From assembly GCA_002104905.1 (NCBI GenBank), contig MCFE01000118.1, positions 98,658-162,657 of the forward strand: a stretch of 64,000 nucleotides of DNA, written 5' to 3'. Made by a program: the position numbers and the translations under genes. This document shows positions 59,464 to 64,000 of the stretch, piece by piece. The notes below the pieces were generated by a model. That model did no database searches and was not told the origin of the DNA. It saw only the letters and a program-made list of their open reading frames with translations. Source of the DNA: Basidiobolus meristosporus CBS 931.73 (lineage: Eukaryota; Fungi; Basidiobolomycota). Position 1 is the first letter of the stretch. Every line of letters starts with the position of its first letter.

Positions 59464-62400
59464 TGTTGTAAAAATTTGTATTTCCACCTAAATATTCACC
59501 TAACTTAGTCACTTAGATCATTACCTTCAAATCCTAGAAAATACTGACCAAATTCCTTGTTGGGATTTACTTAGAATATTTTCACCAAAATACCAGGTAC
59601 CCAGAACATGAAAATTCTCAAAGTTGTCCAAACAGCCCCAAACTTTGCACACATGTTCTTGGGACATTTCTTAACCTATTCTACATGTTTGTTATGCCAA
59701 GACCAGGTAAAAGTATAAATACTACTTTTACAATCAATAAATCATTAAGTGAAAACCACATAATCTACTTGTTCTCCAAATCACCTCCAATATCTTCAAG
59801 ACTCCTACAACAGGTTATGAGCCCCAAGCTGTCACTCTCTGCAATGTCTATTACTGCTATTATTGGAATTTTTCCCTCTGCTGAGAAGTTGGATGGATCT
59901 AACTACCAAGTGTGGAAGGTGAAGATGCAGATGCTGCTACAAGAAAGAGGCCTTTGGGATATTGTCATGGGAGAAGAATGCCCTCCTAAAAACGTGGAAG
60001 AGGAAGCCTTAAAGTACCATAAGAAAGAACAAAGTGCCTTTAACTGCATTTGCCTTAATGTCAAGGACAAATTGCTAATTCAATGCTCAAGAGCAAAAAC
60101 GGCAAAGAATGCCTGGAAAGCATTAGAGGACACCTACCAGTCATGTTCATCTGCCAAGAAAATGTATCTGAGACAAAAATTATTTACTACAAAGATGCTG
60201 CCAGGAGAAGAAATGAAAAATCTAATTAACAGAATTACCCTGCTGGTAGATGAGATGGAATCTGTGGGCGTACCAACTACTGAAGAGGATGTGATAGTTA
60301 CCATCCTGAATAGCCTGACAGACAAGTTTCAGGGCCTTGTATCAGCCCTAGAGTCCAGAACTGAAGATTTGACCTTTATTACGTATATGGAAGGCTCCTG
60401 GATGAAGAATTAAGAAAATCAAGCGCCAATAAGAAGGAAGAAGAAAATGCTTTAATAAGCAATGACAACCAACAAAGGAGGTACCCAAGACCCTACAAAG
60501 GCAACAGCAACCTATTTTGCAACTACTGCAAAAGGAAAGGACACACATCAGACCGGTGTCTCAAAAAGAGAGATTATCAGCAAAAGAAGCCTGAATATGG
60601 AAATACTGCAACAACTGAAGATAGACTATTCATATCTGCACTAAATATGACCACAAACAAGGATTCTCAGACATGGTATATTGACTCTGGAGCTTCTCAA
60701 CACTTTACACACCAAAAAGAACTTTTTACCCAATATCAAGAAATTCCAATTAAGAAGGTTTTCATGGGTGACAATAGAACACTTGATGCAGTGGGAGAAG
60801 GAACTATCCAAGTAAACCTTAGAAGCAGTAAAGGAAGCCATACACTGACCTTTAATGAAGTATTCTATGTACCAGAAATAACCAAGAACCTACTCTCTGT
60901 AAGCAAGGCCACAGCAGAAGGACTCAGTTTCAGTTTTGACAATTCTGGATGCAGGATCACTGATCAAAATGGTGCTCATATTGCTTTGGGCATCAGAGGT
61001 CAGAATCTATACAAGTTGACTTATATTCCATCATACTTGAAGGCCAATATAAGTAACTTAAATGAAGAAACACCAATGCTTTGGCACAGGAGATTTGGAC
61101 ACATCAATTTTGATTATTTGCGTAAAATGATCAAAGATCAGCTAATTTCTGGAGTGAAAATTGCTCCCCCAGCTAATTCGGAGCACTGTGAAGCCTGCAT
61201 ATATGGGAAACAAGCCAGACAATCGTTCAAAAGCTCTGGGTTAATCAAAACTAAGAAAAAATTAGATCTAATTCACTCAGATCTGTGTGGACCTATGCAA
61301 AATTTATCATTAGGCAGGATGAAGTATTTAATCACTTTTATTGATGATTATACAAGATACACATGGGTCTACTTCATGGAGAGAAAGGAAGAAGCTCCGT
61401 CTACGCTCAGGGAGTTTAAAGCCATGGTGGAGAGAGAAACTGGTGAAAAAATCAAGAAAATACGCTCTGACAATAGTGGAGAATATACCTCAAAACTCTT
61501 CATCCACTTCTGCAAAATTCATGGGATAAAGCAAGAGACTACTGTACCATACTCCCCACAGCAAAATGGAGTAGCAGAACAAGCTAACAGATCAATAACT
61601 GATATAGCAAGATCCATGATCCATGATCAAAAATTATCCTATGATTTTTGGGCGGAATCAGTTGCCACTGCCGTATGCCTTAAAAATAGGAGTTATAACA
61701 GAATACTTCATGATTCTACTCCATTTGAAGCATGGTATGGATACAGACCAAGTGCAGAACATCTAAGAATATTTGGGTGTACAGCATATGCCAAAAAACT
61801 GGCTGGAAATCAGTCAAAATTTGAGCCAAAAAGTGTAAAATGCATATTTTTGGGCTACTGCAATGAGAGTAAGGCAAACAGACTCTACAATACCAAAGCA
61901 AAGAAGCTTATCAAGTCCAGGGATGTGTTGTTTGATGAAAATTCAAAATTTTCACAAAAAATGACATCAGATAATGACAAAAATATGATCTCAAGTCCAC
62001 CAATTGTCACAATTGAATCAGAGCAAAACAATGAAAATTTTTCCACTCCAGAGGACTCTACAACCATGGTTCAGCCAGAATCAGTGCCCAGGAATATCCC
62101 AGAAGTGATCATTCCAGTATCAAATGCCCCGGAGATCCAATTGGACAAGAAATAGCCCAAATTACTATATCAATGAGGGTACAAACTTAGCCTATGCCTA
62201 TTCAGTCCATGTTGATGAACCCCAGACTGTAAAAGAGGCCCTAAATAGCCCTCAGACAAAGTTTTGGAGATCTGCAATGACTGAGGAATATCAGGCACTG
62301 ATGGAAAATCAAACTTGGGACTTGGTCAAATTACCAATTAACCAAAAATCAATTGGATGCAGATGTGTCTTCAAGACAAAATACAAGGCTGATGGTACAA

Positions 62401-63800
62401 TTGAAAGATACAAAGCAAGACTTGTAGCCAAAGGATACTCTCAAACAAAAGGACTTGACTATACTGAGACCTTTGCACCGGTAGCCAAGTTTAATTCCAT
62501 CAGACTAATTTTGGCTATTGCAGCAAAATATAAGTTTTTTATTCATCAAATGGATGTAAAAACTGCATTTTTGAATGGAGAACTTGATGAGGACGTGTAT
62601 ATGAACCAGCCTGATGGGTTTGTTGACCAAAATAACCCCCATCTGGTCTGCAAGCTTAAAAAGTCACTATATGGTCTCCAACATTCACCAAGAGCCTGGA
62701 ATTGCAAGATAGATTCTTATTTGGAATCCTTGAGTTTCAAAAGAAGTAATGCTGACTATAGTATATACTATAAGCCAGATAGAGCAAATCCAGTTCTATT
62801 AGCTCTATATGTGGATGATCTTATTATAGCCGCCAATAACCTAGAAACACTGGAAGAGACTAAATCCAGCCTATCTAAGGAGTTCAAGATGTCTGATTTA
62901 GGAGAACTTAGTTACTATTTAGGGATTAAGTTCTCCATAGACAGAAGTACCCAGACTATTACCCTAAGCCAATCCAAGTATATTCAAGATATACTAAAGA
63001 AGTACAAAATGGAAGACTGTAAACCGGCAGCTACCCCAATGGAGACAAACCTTAACTTGGTCAAAACTCAACCAAATCAAGAGAGCTTGGTGCCATCTGA
63101 AAGCCCTGACTTTCCTTATTAATCTATGGTCGGCAGTCTGATGTATATCATGCTTGGAACACGTCCAGATATCTCATATTCAGTGGGAGTTGTCAGCCAA
63201 CATAATCAGAATTATGGATCTGATCATATTGCAGCAGTTAAGCGGATTTTTAGATACCTAAAAGGAACTGCTGATATCTGCTTAAGATACACTTATAAGG
63301 ATTCAGAACAGGATCTTGTGGGATACTCTGATGCTGATTGGGGACAAAATTTAGAAGACAGAAGATCCACCACAGGATACACCTTTCTTTACTGTAAAGG
63401 AGCCATTTCATGGAATTCAAGAAAGCAACCAACCGTAGCACTTTCCACCACAGAGGCAGAGTATATGGCAGCCTGTGAAGCTACAAAAGAAGCAATGTGG
63501 TTAAGAAAGCTCTTTACAGATTTAGGCCTATGTCAAAAAACGCCTATTACTTTATTTCAAGATAATCAAGGATGTATACAATTAGGTAGAAATCCAACTT
63601 TTCATGCTAGAACCAAGCACATAGATATTAGACATCATTTCATATGTGAAGCTATAGAGAATAACTTAGTTAGCTTAGTTTACTGTCCTACAGATGAAAT
63701 GATTGCAGACATATTTACCAAACCATTAGCTAGAGACAAGTTTGAATATCTTAGGTCAAAATTAGGACTAGTCAGTATGAACATTTAGCTGAGTGGGAGT

Positions 63801-63801
<1 letters not shown>
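59464..63801 (+). mobile_element. Main copia family copy D, the youngest and near-intact (5' LTR 59464-59812, PBS 59813-59824, gag-pol 59844-63788, PPT), lacking its 3' LTR
   Basis: All copia domains in order. Three evident lesions: frameshifts near 60375 and 62130 and CAA>TAA near 63121. Retains CpGs lost in the other copies. Confidence 0.97.
59813..59824 (+). promoter_or_regulatory. Primer-binding site of the half-tRNA-iMet type (copia/Ty5-like)
   Basis: GGTTATGAGCCC directly after the LTR's terminal CA; also seen at 53805, 15517 (reverse) and 12748 (reverse, variant). Confidence 0.8.
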
Positions 63802-63838
<37 letters not shown>

Positions 63839-64000
63839 GGTTAGGGTTAGGGTTAGGGTTAGGGTTAGGGTTAGGGTTAGGGTTAGGGTTAGGGTTAGGG
63901 TTAGGGTTAGGGTTAGGGTTAGGGTTAGGGTTAGGGTTAGGGTTAGGGTTAGGGTTAGGGTTAGGGTTAGGGTTAGGGTTAGGGTTAGGGTTAGGGTTAG
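63801..64000 (+). repeat. Telomere (TTAGGG)n, about 33 units to the window end, with one TTTAGGG variant at 63816
   Basis: Read directly; the G-rich strand runs 5'->3' toward the right end. Confidence 0.99.

Noticed and set aside
59685-59843. N-terminal extension of the copia D gag ORF in the ORF track
   Set aside because: It reads through the LTR and PBS. The true start is most likely the ATG at 59844, matching 53836 in copy C.
22213-63788. Classical Neurospora-type RIP (CpA>TpA) as the main mutator
   Set aside because: The diagnostic differences I could pair by eye are mostly at CpG. CpA changes exist but do not obviously dominate; a computed spectrum is needed.
1-64000. tRNA, rRNA or other structured ncRNA genes
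   Set aside because: I saw no convincing cloverleaf, T-loop consensus in context, or rRNA signature. Small RNAs could be missed without Infernal or tRNAscan.

Overview
This is a eukaryotic chromosome end, most likely from an early-diverging fungus (inferred from spliceosomal introns, RABL3 plus a Whi5-motif gene, and a TTAGGG telomere). The window has three domains. (1) 1-29.4 kb is a CpG-depleted graveyard of nested transposons: Ty3/gypsy, at least two Ty1/copia families, a CACTA/EnSpm transposase, a PIF/Harbinger-ISL2EU-type element and a foldback MITE sharing its TIR. (2) 29.4-52.7 kb has normal CpG and carries host genes: ISD11/LYRM4, a REEP/Yop1 protein, RABL3, an intronless bacterial-like class II GalT/HIT nucleotidyltransferase, a coiled-coil protein, a Whi5/Nrm1-like repressor and a PZP-domain protein, followed by about 6 kb I cannot assign. 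(3) 52.75-64 kb is a CpG-depleted terminal block ending in (TTAGGG)n. The best candidate for an undescribed system is in domain 3. It holds three copies of a LINE-type (non-LTR) RT element, all with the 5' end toward the telomere. Their 3' ends carry a C-tract that runs into CCCTAA instead of poly(A). Two copies are joined to abruptly truncated LTR-element sequence and the third is joined head-to-tail to the 5'-truncated long copy through (TTAGGG)3. Copia elements inserted into two of them, and the last copia is cut at its PPT/LTR boundary and capped by telomere repeats. This reads as a layered record of chromosome-end breakage and healing by both a retroelement and telomerase. All family assignments come from recognising motifs by eye, not from database searches; identities are visual estimates.
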